A program made the translations under genes and the position numbers. The notes under the pieces were generated by a model. It was not told where the DNA came from and did not search any database. It was given only the letters and a program-made list of their open reading frames with translations. Of a DNA stretch of 64,000 nucleotides, positions 26,043 through 36,672 are shown piece after piece (position 1 is the first letter of the stretch; each line of letters begins with the position of its first letter). The DNA is taken from positions 13,450 to 77,449 of the forward strand of contig CAYOYN010000001.1 of assembly GCA_964408235.1 (NCBI GenBank), read 5' to 3'. The stretch is from Candidatus Woesearchaeota archaeon (lineage in GTDB: Archaea > Nanobdellota > Nanobdellia > Pacearchaeales > GW2011-AR1).

Positions 26043-27317
26043 AATATTTTTTAATTCTAAAACATCATCTATGCCAGGACCAGTTCCATGAGCTACAAAC
26101 TCCACTCCTGTAAGATATTCGACTCTATCCATAAATCTTTGAGCATTATCAGATAACTTTCCAGTTTTTTTATCAAAAAACTCCTTCCAAGGTTCAAATT
26201 CTTCAAATTCTGGTTCGGCGCCATTCAAAGTTATTCTTTTATGGAAAGAAGCGTCCCAATCCGTAAAGCTCTTATCTCCTATTTTATAGGCTACCACTAA
26301 TTTAGGTAATTCTCCAAGGCCTCTAAGGTATTCTAACCTATCTCCGCATGTACTTATCAAACAATCAACATCTGCACTCCTGATAGCATGCCTTAATGCA
26401 ACAATATCTAACCATCCTAGACTTCTAGGTTTCCCAGTTGTAGTTCCTTTTTCACCCCATTTATCTCTACAAAAGCCCTCTAGGCCTTCAGCCATTTTTC
26501 CTACAAACGGTCTATCTCCTCCAATGCTACTGGCATATGATTTCACAACGCCCACTATTTTGTCGGCTCTAAATGGAGGCATAGTAGGATTTGAGGAGGT
26601 CACTCCAGGGTACAAACCTCTATCAATATCAAGCATAAAACCTTGAGCTCCCTCTCCGATCCCAACTTTAAAAGAAGGATTACTTATCACTCTTTCTTGT
26701 AATGTTAAAAATTCACGTAACCCTTCTATTTCTGGAAGATAAGAATTTACGAAATCTTTAGGAGTCATGCCAGAAACTCCTTGAGGAAACTTCTGTTCAA
26801 CTAAAAATTCTAAAAGGTTCCTATCTAAAAATTCTGCAAACCTAATACCAACTCGACCATATTTATCGATTGCAGTCGGTTTAACACCTCTTCCGGTAGA
26901 AGTATGCCCTACAGTCCTTCTACTTTCCCCAGCATCAAGTTCTATATGGTAATCTAAGGTGACATGAGCGTTTGAAGCTATTCCAAAATTAGCATAGTCT
27001 ACTTTAACCCCTCTTCTCCTTAAGTCTTCTACTTCTCTTAAGCAAGCTCTAGGTTCAAGAAAAACTCCCTCTCCCATCAAATTAAAAGTACCATCAATTA
27101 AAATTCCAGAAGGCACTTGATGTAGGGCATATCTTTCCCCATTAGAATAAACTGTATGGCCAGCATTAGCTCCACCCTGCCATCTCATAGTCCAAACCTT
27201 AGGTCTATCTCTTTCAGAAGGGTGTAATTCAACAGCCTTTTTAGCATAATAGTCGACTCGGACGCCCTTTCCTTCATCTCCAGTTTGCGTCCCGATAATA
27301 GCAATCTTCTTAGTCAT
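26034..27317 (-). CDS. purA: Adenylosuccinate synthetase (divergent)
   Basis: GTQTGDEGKG P-loop-like motif and QGGANAGHTV. Length of 427 aa. Confidence 0.8.
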   Translation of the reverse strand: MTKKIAIIGTQTGDEGKGVRVDYYAKKAVELHPSERDRPKVWTMRWQGGANAGHTVYSNGERYALHQVPSGILIDGTFNLMGEGVFLEPRACLREVEDLRRRGVKVDYANFGIASNAHVTLDYHIELDAGESRRTVGHTSTGRGVKPTAIDKYGRVGIRFAEFLDRNLLEFLVEQKFPQGVSGMTPKDFVNSYLPEIEGLREFLTLQERVISNPSFKVGIGEGAQGFMLDIDRGLYPGVTSSNPTMPPFRADKIVGVVKSYASSIGGDRPFVGKMAEGLEGFCRDKWGEKGTTTGKPRSLGWLDIVALRHAIRSADVDCLISTCGDRLEYLRGLGELPKLVVAYKIGDKSFTDWDASFHKRITLNGAEPEFEEFEPWKEFFDKKTGKLSDNAQRFMDRVEYLTGVEFVAHGTGPGIDDVLELKNILE

Positions 27318-27421
27318 GACTTCTAATTTTCTTTTGTAACATATTTAAACATTCATACGATGCAAAATAACAAGTGGAGTAATACCGACAACATTTAAAA
27401 TAACGAATTCTAGTTTCTTTT

Positions 27422-30400
27422 ATGACTTATGTCAAAAAGATGGTTATGCAGGGATTCAAATCTTTTGCTAAAAGAACAGAGGTTATATTTGACCCTGGAA
27501 TTAATACAGTTGTTGGTCCAAATGGTTCTGGTAAAAGTAATGTTTCAGATGCATTATGTTTTGCTCTAGGAAGATTATCAGCCAAGTCTATCAGAGCTGA
27601 AAAGACTACAAGCCTTTTATTTTCAGGTTCAAAATTTGTTAAGCCTGCTCGTGAGGCATTTGTAGAGATTACATTTGATAATTCTCAGAAAACTTTCAAT
27701 CTTCAAGCAGACGAAGTCACAATTTCAAGAATAATTAGATCAAATGGACAAGGAATTTACAAAATAAATAACGAAATAAAAAATAGAGGGGATATTATAG
27801 AGCTCCTAGCCCATGCTGGAATAGATCCTCACGGATTTAATTTAGTTTTACAAGGGCAGATTCAAGCAATTGTAAAAATGCACCCGGAAGAAAGAAGAAA
27901 AGTAATAGAAGAAGTTTCAGGAATTTCAGTATATGAATCAAGAAAAGAAAAATCATTACATGAATTAGAAAAAACAGAAGAAAGGTTAAAGGAAATTTTA
28001 GCAGTATTAAGGGAAAGGAAATCATTTCTAAACAACTTGGAAAAAGAGCGTTCCCAAGCTCTCAAGTATAAAGATTTAGAAGATACAATAAATAGGTGCA
28101 GATATTCAATTTTAGTAAAGAAAATTTCTGAAGTCCAAAAAGAAGTAGATTCTGCAAAAAATTCGTTGGAACAGAAAAAAGCACAAAGAGATAAAATAAA
28201 AATTAAACAAGAAGAAATTCAAGCAGAAATAGATTCTATGCAAGAAAATATTTCAAACATGAATGCTTTAATCAAGCGCTCAAGTGGCACAGAAAGAGAA
28301 GCATTACAAGAAAGGATAAATGTGCTAAGAGGAGAAATAGAAGGGCTAAAAGTAAGAATAGAGGCAACTCAAAAAAGAAAGCTTGAATTTGAAAGAAGGA
28401 TAGAGCATCTAAAACAATCAATTCCAGAATATAAAAAAGAAATAGAGGAGCTAAGTAAAGAGTCTCCTTTATTAGCAAAAAAACAAGAAGAGATAAAGAA
28501 AAAGAAGGCGGAATTAGTTGCATTAGAAGACCAAAAAAACAGGCTTCTTTCAGTTAAGACAGAGTTATATTCTATAAAAGAAAGATTAAAAGAAAAAGAA
28601 ACAAGAAACCATAGGTTAGAAGTAGAATCAGACTCATTATTAAAACAAATAGAAAATCTCTCTAGAGAATTTCAATATAAAACTGAAGAAGAATGTTTGT
28701 TAAACATAATTAATTTAGAAAAGGAATCTGAAAATTCTAGAAATGAAGTAGAAGATCTTGCAAAGAAAGAAATAGAGCATAATAGAAATTTAGCCGCATC
28801 AGAAGCTCAAATAAGAACAGCTGAGAAAATAAAAGAACAAATTCTAAAGATAGATGTTTGTCCGCTTTGCCAGAATAAAATGACTCAACAACATATCGAG
28901 CATGTTACTTTAGATTCCTTAAACAAGATAGAGTCTTCAAAAGAGATAATTGAAAAAGAAACTCAGTCTATGAAAGAGGTAAGACAAAGACATCAAGATT
29001 TAACAAAGAAAATTTTCGAACTATCTCAATTGATTAGTAAATTAAAACATGAATCTTCAAACCATAAAATTGCAAATGAAAAACAGAGGTACTTAAAATC
29101 AATTTTAGTAGAAATAGATGTAATAAAGAAAGAGATAGTTACTTTAAATTCGAAAAAAGAATCGCTTGAAAATAAATCCATAGATGTAACAACAATAACT
29201 GAACAATATAATTCAAAATTAAGAGAAATAGAAGAAGTTTCTGGAAGAACTACAGAAAATCTTGATCAAACTCTCAAATTTAAAGAACATGAATTAGAAA
29301 ATATTTTAGAAAATATCAAAAATTCAGAAAAAGGTTTAGAAGAATTAAATGAAGAAATAATTGGTATGAAAGAAAGGTTAGAAGAAAAAAACTCATTCCT
29401 TGCTTCAAAAGAAGCAGAGGAACAAGAACTAAGTAAGAAATTCAAGAAATTATTTGAAGATAGAGATAAGATACAATCTAAAATACAAGAGAGTAATTAT
29501 GAAATTTCTGAAAAGAGAACGGAAATATCTCAGATTACAGACCAAATCAATTATATTGAAATAGGTATAGCTAAGCTATCTGCTTCACAAGAGTCAATAC
29601 AAATAGAATTAAAAGATGTCCCAGAAATGGAACCAATCAAAGCATCTATGGAAATTTTACAGCAAAAATTAGAGAAAGCTAAACAGGAAATCCATAGCAT
29701 TGGAGCAATAAATATGAGGGCCTTAGAAGTTTATGATCAAATTAAAACTGAATATGACAAAGTTAACGAAAAGGTAGAAACTCTTCAAAAAGAAAAGGAA
29801 GAAATTATGCGTATTGTAGCGGAGATAGATCAAAAGAAAAAGAAGACATTCATGAAGACATTTAAGGGAATTAATGAGATATTCTCTAGAAATGCATCCG
29901 AATTATATAGTAAAGGGAAAGCATTTATGAAACTAGAAAATGAAGAAGATATTTTTGCTGGAGGGGTTGAGATAGTAATACAGTTAGGAAAAGGCAAATA
30001 TTTTGATTCTGGTTCTCTTTCAGGAGGGGAACAAACATTAATCGCTCTTTCAATGCTTTTTGCAATTCAAGAATTCAAACCATACCATTTCTATGTCTTT
30101 GATGAAATTGATGCTGCGCTAGACAAAAGAAACTCGGAGCGTCTCGCAGGCTTAATTAACAAATATATCAGGGCCGGTCAATATATCATAGTAACCCATA
30201 ATGATGCTCTAATCATGAATTCTCAATTCATTTACGGAGTAAGTATGCATGACGGAGTATCTAAGGTTCTTTCTCTAAAATTGGATAAACCAATACCTCT
30301 GCAAAATCAAGCACAACAGGTACAGGAAGCTCCTCAAGTACAACAAGAAGTTAATCAAGAAAAACCTTCAATTGAGAATTTAAGGAATGAAATAAATGAA

Positions 30401-30448
30401 AATGAAAACAATGAAATTCAATCAGTAGATAAATCAGATTTCAAGTAA
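27422..30448 (+). CDS. SMC-family ATPase (1008 aa) with SMC-type head motifs and a central Rad50-type CxxC zinc hook in place of a hinge
   Basis: N-terminus QGFKSFAKRTEVIFDPGINTVVGPNGSGKSNVSDALCFALG (Walker A). C-terminus LSGGEQTLIALSMLFAIQEF...FYVFDEIDAALD (signature plus Walker B). Long coiled coils. Mid-protein KIDVCPLCQNKMTQQHIEHV. Q-rich C-terminal tail. Confidence 0.85.
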   Translation: MTYVKKMVMQGFKSFAKRTEVIFDPGINTVVGPNGSGKSNVSDALCFALGRLSAKSIRAEKTTSLLFSGSKFVKPAREAFVEITFDNSQKTFNLQADEVTISRIIRSNGQGIYKINNEIKNRGDIIELLAHAGIDPHGFNLVLQGQIQAIVKMHPEERRKVIEEVSGISVYESRKEKSLHELEKTEERLKEILAVLRERKSFLNNLEKERSQALKYKDLEDTINRCRYSILVKKISEVQKEVDSAKNSLEQKKAQRDKIKIKQEEIQAEIDSMQENISNMNALIKRSSGTEREALQERINVLRGEIEGLKVRIEATQKRKLEFERRIEHLKQSIPEYKKEIEELSKESPLLAKKQEEIKKKKAELVALEDQKNRLLSVKTELYSIKERLKEKETRNHRLEVESDSLLKQIENLSREFQYKTEEECLLNIINLEKESENSRNEVEDLAKKEIEHNRNLAASEAQIRTAEKIKEQILKIDVCPLCQNKMTQQHIEHVTLDSLNKIESSKEIIEKETQSMKEVRQRHQDLTKKIFELSQLISKLKHESSNHKIANEKQRYLKSILVEIDVIKKEIVTLNSKKESLENKSIDVTTITEQYNSKLREIEEVSGRTTENLDQTLKFKEHELENILENIKNSEKGLEELNEEIIGMKERLEEKNSFLASKEAEEQELSKKFKKLFEDRDKIQSKIQESNYEISEKRTEISQITDQINYIEIGIAKLSASQESIQIELKDVPEMEPIKASMEILQQKLEKAKQEIHSIGAINMRALEVYDQIKTEYDKVNEKVETLQKEKEEIMRIVAEIDQKKKKTFMKTFKGINEIFSRNASELYSKGKAFMKLENEEDIFAGGVEIVIQLGKGKYFDSGSLSGGEQTLIALSMLFAIQEFKPYHFYVFDEIDAALDKRNSERLAGLINKYIRAGQYIIVTHNDALIMNSQFIYGVSMHDGVSKVLSLKLDKPIPLQNQAQQVQEAPQVQQEVNQEKPSIENLRNEINENENNEIQSVDKSDFK

Positions 30449-30449
30449 A

Positions 30450-30725
30450 TTATTTTTTAAAAAGATCATCTGTTTTTTCTAATAATCTTGTTTCCTGAGT
30501 AAACCTATAAGTGCCATCCATTTCTTGTAAAAATACTTTATATTTAATTGGCGTCTCAATAATAATATCTTTCAACCCATCTTCATTAATATCTGTATAA
30601 ATTGCTCTATTTTTTGAATCCATTACTTCATCTAAAGTAATGGCTTTATACGCTCCATAACCTAATACTCCAATTAATCCCAAAACTCCTAAACCATTTC
30701 TAACCATTCTTAATCTTCTATTCAT
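30450..30725 (-). CDS. Small membrane-anchored hypothetical protein (91 aa)
   Basis: N-terminal TM. Confidence 0.35.
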   Translation of the reverse strand: MNRRLRMVRNGLGVLGLIGVLGYGAYKAITLDEVMDSKNRAIYTDINEDGLKDIIIETPIKYKVFLQEMDGTYRFTQETRLLEKTDDLFKK

Positions 30726-30770
30726 GTCATAAAATAATTATTACCTTATTTAAGGATTATTATATAATTT

Positions 30771-31313
30771 CTATCTCCAACTGCGAGCTCTTCTTTCAAC
30801 AAAATAAGCCGTAGTTGTTGCAAAAATTAATACTGCTAAATAGGAAATTATGAAGCTTTTAGCTGAATAATTCATAGTTTTACTTAATGACAATATTACT
30901 ATTGAATACCAAGTAACTATGGATATGCTTCCAGCTATTGCTGAGCTCTTTAAGACATAAGGAGTGCAATATTTTGTTCCTTTAATGACGCATTTATCCA
31001 AATGAGGAGAAACAGATCTTTGAAGATATATCCCATTTAATGTTACGATTAAAACAAGAAAAGCCTTGGTAATAAATAAGGGGTTGTTTAGGATGGAACT
31101 ATTCTGATAAACTAAAGTTATCCCAGTAAGGTATATCATCAAAAGCGACAGGTTTATCAGTTTGGTGACAAATGGGTATATCTTTACTAGGCCCTTTTCA
31201 AGTTTCTTCTTCCTTAGGCTAACAAGGTGAAGGTAATCTACTAAGGTTGCGCTCCCCACAGAGACCATCACTGCAAGTACATGTAATATCAAAATTATAC
31301 TATAAAGGCTCAT
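30771..31313 (-). CDS. Polytopic membrane protein (180 aa)
   Basis: Hydropathy only. Confidence 0.4.
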   Translation of the reverse strand: MSLYSIILILHVLAVMVSVGSATLVDYLHLVSLRKKKLEKGLVKIYPFVTKLINLSLLMIYLTGITLVYQNSSILNNPLFITKAFLVLIVTLNGIYLQRSVSPHLDKCVIKGTKYCTPYVLKSSAIAGSISIVTWYSIVILSLSKTMNYSAKSFIISYLAVLIFATTTAYFVERRARSWR

Positions 31314-31419
31314 CCCAAAAAAAAGTTAGTATTCTTTTTAAATTCTAACTATATCAATCACTTCTTATCATCAAAAATACCAATTTTCCTAAAAGAAAAA
31401 AGAAAAAAAAGGAATTGGT

Positions 31420-32622
31420 TTAGTAGTAGCTTTCGCCGTCTGAGTCAGCTTTTGCAGGCTTTCTAGTTAGCAATACTATAAGAACCACAAGTAATACAAC
31501 AAATACTATTGCTAAAATTATTGTAAGAACAACAGCAGCGTTTCCGCCAACTGATCTTCCTTCAACATTTGCAACAAAGCTCTTTTCACTAACAACATTG
31601 TTGTCAGAGTCAAGAACTGTAACCTTGAAGTTATAGTTTCCTTCGCGAGCAGCCATAGCAGTCATTTCGACAGCTTTGCTTGAGCCAGCAGGAACTACAA
31701 CAACAGAATCATCAAAATCAACAGACAAGCCGTTGTCAGATTCAGTTACTAAGTTGTATACCAAGATTCTATTACCAGAGTTCACAATTGTCAATGTGTA
31801 TCTTCCATCAGTTCCAGCAGCAAATGTTCTGCTTGAAGGAGATGCAATTATACCACTGTTTGAGTTGCCACTTACGATTTCTACTCTTCTAACAGAAACT
31901 GTTTCAGAGTCGGAATTGTATGTCTTAACTTCAACTGTGTAGAGACCAGGTATAGCGTTTGAAGGGATTGCTAGTAGCATTCTTCCTTCAATAGAATCGT
32001 CTTCTATTTCGTTATCAATTGACTCATTAGCAGCAAGATCTTCTAAGAAGATTTTCTTACTTATGCCTAGAGCAGGTATGCTTGCGATAACAAATGTATC
32101 TTGGGCATCATAACGACCGCGGTTCTTTACAACTACTTCAATTGGCAATACTTCTCCAGCGCTAATTCTTGAAGGGCTTTCTACTGAAAGGAATTCAAGA
32201 GCATAGCTTTCTCTTTGCACTGCAAAGGTAGCTGTGAAAGTACTTCCGCCATTTTGATTTTCAACTCTAACTTCCAATATGAAATTTTCGTTTAAGTCAA
32301 TATCATATGGTACGTCGATTGAAAGTTGCTTGCTGTATGTTCCACCAGCAATAACATCAAAACGAGTTGTTGTGTCGGAAAGACCTGGTTCTCCAAGAAC
32401 TCTAGCAGTTACGCGTACATCGCCAGCATTTGCAATAGCATCAAAAACAACTCTTAAATCAAGAGTTTGTCCAGCTTCTACAGCAAATACATCGCCCTGT
32501 AATATGTTAAAGCTTTCAGTCTCAACATAGTTAATTGTTGCGAACTGAGCGCTAACAGCAGGTACAACGAATAACGCAGCAATTGCGATAACAAACAAAC
32601 CTATAAAGTTTTTTGCATTCAT
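31420..32622 (-). CDS. Secreted surface (S-layer-like) protein with a C-terminal TM anchor (400 aa)
   Basis: Signal peptide. Beta-rich Ig/CARDB-like composition. C-terminal AAVVLTIILAIVFVVLLVVLIVLL helix followed by a short acidic tail. Confidence 0.6.
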   Translation of the reverse strand: MNAKNFIGLFVIAIAALFVVPAVSAQFATINYVETESFNILQGDVFAVEAGQTLDLRVVFDAIANAGDVRVTARVLGEPGLSDTTTRFDVIAGGTYSKQLSIDVPYDIDLNENFILEVRVENQNGGSTFTATFAVQRESYALEFLSVESPSRISAGEVLPIEVVVKNRGRYDAQDTFVIASIPALGISKKIFLEDLAANESIDNEIEDDSIEGRMLLAIPSNAIPGLYTVEVKTYNSDSETVSVRRVEIVSGNSNSGIIASPSSRTFAAGTDGRYTLTIVNSGNRILVYNLVTESDNGLSVDFDDSVVVVPAGSSKAVEMTAMAAREGNYNFKVTVLDSDNNVVSEKSFVANVEGRSVGGNAAVVLTIILAIVFVVLLVVLIVLLTRKPAKADSDGESYY

Positions 32623-32751
32623 TCTTGGTTATATCCAAAATTTAGTTAATTATGCATAAAGGAGTTGTTTTATAAACTTTCCGGTGACAACATTTTTACC
32701 TCTCTAAATAGTGACAAAAACATTTATTAAGTATACCATAAGATACTTTCC

Positions 32752-32979
32752 ATGTCAAATGCTCCAAATATAACCACTATAAAGATAGATAAGGAGACTA
32801 AAAGTCGTTTAGACAAGCTAAAAGTGCATCCTAAGGAGAGTTATGATGAGATATTACAGAAGATTTTATACATACTAAACCTTTGTAAGTCAGGTTCAAA
32901 TGAAGCTAGAGCAAGGTTACTCGCAATAGACAAAGCAAAACATCTTAATTCTATAAAAAACGAAATAAAAGGAGATTAA
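32752..32979 (+). CDS. Ribbon-helix-helix (CopG-like) small regulator. Paralog of ORF 16930..17064.
   Basis: TTIKIDKETKSRLDKLKVHPKESYDEILQKIL aligns about 50% identical with the 44-aa ORF. Divergent from the surface-protein gene 31420..32622. Confidence 0.5.
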   Translation: MSNAPNITTIKIDKETKSRLDKLKVHPKESYDEILQKILYILNLCKSGSNEARARLLAIDKAKHLNSIKNEIKGD

Positions 32980-33422
32980 TAACTAATTAATTCTTCTCTT
33001 ATATCTCCAAGGTTAGTTACTATATATTTATACAATTTCTCTATTACTATTGACTGTAATCCTTCTTTAAGCTCCCCATTACATGCAGCTAGATTCTTTT
33101 CAGGGTATCCTGAAATTCCTATTGGGTGAGAGCAAATCATTGTATCTCCTTCATATAATCTTAGATCTAGGTTGCTTTCTTTAGCAATCAAAAGGGTTAC
33201 TTCAACATCACACTTCTTGTTTGATGTTCCCATAATGCCATACTTCCATGAAGCTTCTTTTTCTACATCATTAATATAGGTAGCAGGCCTACATTTAGCC
33301 ATGTGGGCTTCAAAACAAGCAAAATCATTACATCTAACAGGAGTAAATGTAGCATACAGAGCTACAGCACCAACAATCAATATCATCAAAGCTATAACCT
33401 CTCTTTGATACCTCATCCTCAT
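32976..33422 (-). CDS. Secreted or membrane-anchored Cys-containing protein (148 aa)
   Basis: N-terminal TM or signal and 6 Cys. Confidence 0.4.
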   Translation of the reverse strand: MRMRYQREVIALMILIVGAVALYATFTPVRCNDFACFEAHMAKCRPATYINDVEKEASWKYGIMGTSNKKCDVEVTLLIAKESNLDLRLYEGDTMICSHPIGISGYPEKNLAACNGELKEGLQSIVIEKLYKYIVTNLGDIREELISY

Positions 33423-33519
33423 AACTATAATAGAAAAAACTAGTATATAAAACTTGCTCTAAGTTTAGAAGTTATATTCTAAAAAACAAGTGTAAATCCT
33501 AGAATGTTAATTTAATCAA

Positions 33520-34650
33520 TTAAAGTCCAATTAATTCAATGTTTGTCTCGACTGCAGCAAAATTCTTTGCGGCAATATAACTTACACCTTTTTCTTCACA
33601 AGATTGAATTATTTGTTTAGTAGCAATTCCATCAATTACAACTGCAGTTACAGGATTTCTATTTCTTCCAAGAGCTGGAACTATTTCAACGCTTGAAACT
33701 ATTCTTGAAACGCTCAAGTCAGCATTCAAGATCATTGCCTTCTTTGTTCCTCTTATTTCTTCATATTTTTCCTTCAAGGCTTTTGAAAAGTCTCCGCTAA
33801 ATGGAGCGAATTCAATAGTTTCTTCAGAATCGCGAGAATTTCTGTACAAAAAATCTTTAGCAGGCATTCTTCTTCTTAATGCAAGCAATATTTCTTTTCC
33901 TTCAAGTTCTTCAACTTCTTTTCCATCAGGGGCAACTGCAATATAAACAATACGAGCATTATCGCAAACATTTTTAGCGATTAATTTACCTCCACGATCT
34001 CCGTCTACAAAAAGAGTCAATTCTTTATCTTTACTTAGTTTAGCAATTTCCTTAGGAAGTTTTGCTCCATTCATTCCAATAACATTATTCACTCTATTCT
34101 TCAAAAGATTAACCACGTCAGCCCTGCCTTCAACAACAATTATTTCATCGCCTGAAAGATCTCCTGCAGGTAATTGCTCTTCACCGTATTCTTGTATCTT
34201 AGCAGCTCTGCTTTCTTCTTTTAATGTTTTAGACATGCTTCCGCTAGAACTTGAATCTAAGCCTTCAAGTAAAGCCTTAGCTCTTTCAATTATGAAATCT
34301 CTTTTACTTCCACGAACGTCTTCGATTTTACTTACAGTTACTTTTGCTTCACTTGGTCCAATTTTATCAATAGTTTCTAAAGTAGCCGCAATTATGGTAG
34401 TTTCAGACTTATCCAAAGCAGAAGGCAATTTAATCTCTCCAACAGTTCTACCATCCACAGTATTCAAATCAACTTCAATTCTTCCAATCTTTCCTTCTTT
34501 TTGAAGTTCGCGCATTTCAAGTTCGGTCCCTAAAAGTCCTTCAGTTTGACCAAAAATAGCTCCAATCACATCTGGTTTTTCTATAGGTCCTTCAGCAGCA
34601 AAGCTAGCAACAATCATGTACTTTATTGATACCGGACTTACTTTTGCCAT
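33520..34650 (-). CDS. dnaG: Archaeal DnaG-type primase (Toprim; exosome-associated)
   Basis: N-terminus KYMIVASFAAEGPIEKPDVIGAIFGQTEGLLG...LRELQKEGKIGRIEV is diagnostic of archaeal DnaG. Toprim acidic motifs DGDRGG. Confidence 0.9.
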   Translation of the reverse strand: MAKVSPVSIKYMIVASFAAEGPIEKPDVIGAIFGQTEGLLGTELEMRELQKEGKIGRIEVDLNTVDGRTVGEIKLPSALDKSETTIIAATLETIDKIGPSEAKVTVSKIEDVRGSKRDFIIERAKALLEGLDSSSSGSMSKTLKEESRAAKIQEYGEEQLPAGDLSGDEIIVVEGRADVVNLLKNRVNNVIGMNGAKLPKEIAKLSKDKELTLFVDGDRGGKLIAKNVCDNARIVYIAVAPDGKEVEELEGKEILLALRRRMPAKDFLYRNSRDSEETIEFAPFSGDFSKALKEKYEEIRGTKKAMILNADLSVSRIVSSVEIVPALGRNRNPVTAVVIDGIATKQIIQSCEEKGVSYIAAKNFAAVETNIELIGL

Positions 34651-34862
34651 ATTTTTGTTTTCCTAGATAAAAAGGTAGAATTTAGTTTTTCGCTTATACA
34701 GACAAAAATTGAGTCAAAAAACTCAAATAACTGTGAGTGTGAGTGATTTCCTTTGCTACCAAAGTTATCGTGATATCTAAAATTCGTTTTTAGGATATAT
34801 AAATCTTACTATGGGAAACAACTCTATACTCAAATTCTCTAAATCCTTAAATATTTGTTTTT

Positions 34863-35216
34863 TTGATTTTTATTATGAGGTATTTATTTTTGGGAAGAAT
34901 TTCATCTTGCCCTGACATAAATAAGTTAGGTTCTTTTGCATATCACTTTGCAGATAGGGATGAATCTGGAAATTTTGATTTGGAATCTCAAAGAGATTCA
35001 GACTTTGTTTATGGGATAAGTAACATTGATTTGCTAAGAAGGGTTACTTATGAAAAAGCAAAGGCCACAGGCATTGAAGTAATTGTTTCAACTGACGGGA
35101 TCCCTCAAGTTCTAAAAAATAAATGGATTCCTGACAAAGATTATCAAATTGAAAGATTATCTGACGAAGAAGTTAGAGCTTTCAATGGAACAATTATCGT
35201 TGAGCAAGTAAACTAA
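34863..35216 (+). CDS. Hypothetical protein (117 aa)
   Basis: ORF only. Confidence 0.3.
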   Translation: MIFIMRYLFLGRISSCPDINKLGSFAYHFADRDESGNFDLESQRDSDFVYGISNIDLLRRVTYEKAKATGIEVIVSTDGIPQVLKNKWIPDKDYQIERLSDEEVRAFNGTIIVEQVN

Positions 35217-35475
35217 AAAGAAGGGCGTTAAAAGAAAACTCATTAGTCTTTAAATATCTTTTCATAATTTTCCGACGTAAAAAATCACAGAAAACATTTA
35301 TATATCTAACAGTAAAAAAAGAGTTAGGTTAAAATGGTGATGAATGTAAAAGAGCCAAAGATAGAAGTAGAGGAAGAAGATTTTTCTGAGGCGAATATCG
35401 ATAACCTCTGCGAAGATTTAGAAAGTCTTTATTAATTTTTTTTATTGTTTAAAAAAGAACTAAATCTATTTAGTA

Positions 35476-36087
35476 TTATCTACCTAAATTTCCAGTACCG
35501 CCAGCCATCTTATCTTTCAAGGCATGGTACTCTCGAACATTTCCTAACTTATAATATAAATCAAGAAGTATATTTTGCACTTGAGTTTTTTCTTCAGCAC
35601 TCAAATCAAGAGAAAGCATTTTTTGTAATAATTCTTTAGCATTATTTCTTCTATCGCTTTTAAGATATGCTTGAGCTTGTCCAAAATGATATTTCTTGTA
35701 AGCTTGTTTCATTTCCCACTTTTCACGATCATTCCCGAGTGCTAAAGCTTGTTGGAATAATCTTTCAGCTTCAGCGAAACCATTGCCTCTAATATTAAAT
35801 TCTACAGCCTTCATAAATTGAGAAATTTTATCTTTGAAAGTAGTTGTAATGTCTGCAGCTGCACGAATTGTTTTTGCGGCATCAAGAAACATAGCTTTTT
35901 GTTCATAAATTTTAGTAAGCTCTAGTAAAACAAATCTCCTAGTATCATAATCTAATTGAGATTTAGCAGCTCTTTGTAAATAAGACATCTTGACGTATTC
36001 ACCCATGTTTTTTATCTTAGCATCAATCTCAGCGCGTGTTCTCTCAGTTATAGGTCTATCAACTATGTGCATAAAGAAAAGGAACAA
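35476..36087 (-). CDS. Hypothetical helical (TPR-like) protein
   Basis: ORF with alpha-helical repeat character. The true start may be the internal MHIVDRP. Confidence 0.4.
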   Translation of the reverse strand: MFLFFMHIVDRPITERTRAEIDAKIKNMGEYVKMSYLQRAAKSQLDYDTRRFVLLELTKIYEQKAMFLDAAKTIRAAADITTTFKDKISQFMKAVEFNIRGNGFAEAERLFQQALALGNDREKWEMKQAYKKYHFGQAQAYLKSDRRNNAKELLQKMLSLDLSAEEKTQVQNILLDLYYKLGNVREYHALKDKMAGGTGNLGR

Positions 36088-36126
36088 CTTCTATTTATAA
36101 TGATTATGTTGATAAATTAAATAGAT

Positions 36127-36672
36127 TTAATGATAATCTCTTTTATTTAATGCAGAAATTAAAGCCATTCTTAAGGATTGTTCTATGATATCTTGTCTAG
36201 TTATGGCTCCGTTAGTCAATAAAGATACTAAACCTCCCTGTTGACCAACTCTCTTATCCATAGTCATTCCTAAATCATATATTACTTGATCTATAGTTTG
36301 TCCTCTTTCCAAAACTCTTGCTAATATTTTTTTAGGTATTTGATAGCTTCCGCCTTCCCCATAAAAGTATTTTTTTCCATCATAAATTGCGCACACTGAT
36401 ATGACTTTACCTACATCGCTATCAAGTTTTAAAACTTCAATTCCGTCTTCAATTCCAATACCATATTTCGCCCCATTAGTTGATTCAAAGGCCCCATTAG
36501 CCCTGTTAATTGCACCTGTGAATGTTTCTTTCCGACCAATCGGCTGTTCTCTAACTTTAGAATCTATTCCAACACCTACAACATCAAAATCTCCAAAACT
36601 ACTATAGCTCTTGAATACTTTTTCTACCCCGCTTATTTTGACTTGATTTAGGGAACCAAGAATAACAAGCAT
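36127..36672 (-). CDS. Inosine/xanthosine triphosphatase (YjjX/DUF84 family non-canonical NTPase)
   Basis: EQPIGRKETFTGAINRA matches the YjjX EQPFG.EET..GA.NRA motif. Length of 181 aa. Confidence 0.75.
   Translation of the reverse strand: MLVILGSLNQVKISGVEKVFKSYSSFGDFDVVGVGIDSKVREQPIGRKETFTGAINRANGAFESTNGAKYGIGIEDGIEVLKLDSDVGKVISVCAIYDGKKYFYGEGGSYQIPKKILARVLERGQTIDQVIYDLGMTMDKRVGQQGGLVSLLTNGAITRQDIIEQSLRMALISALNKRDYH

Noticed and set aside
27837-28523. Three minus ORFs inside the SMC/Rad50-like gene
   Set aside because: Antisense to AAG/GAA-rich coiled-coil coding sequence. Leu/Phe-rich shadows.
31676-32530. Three + ORFs inside the 400-aa surface protein gene
   Set aside because: Antisense shadows.
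35333-35434. 33-aa acidic + ORF (MVMNVKEPKIEVEEEDFSEANIDNLCEDLESLY)
   Set aside because: Too short and with no support beyond an open frame. Could be real but unsupported.
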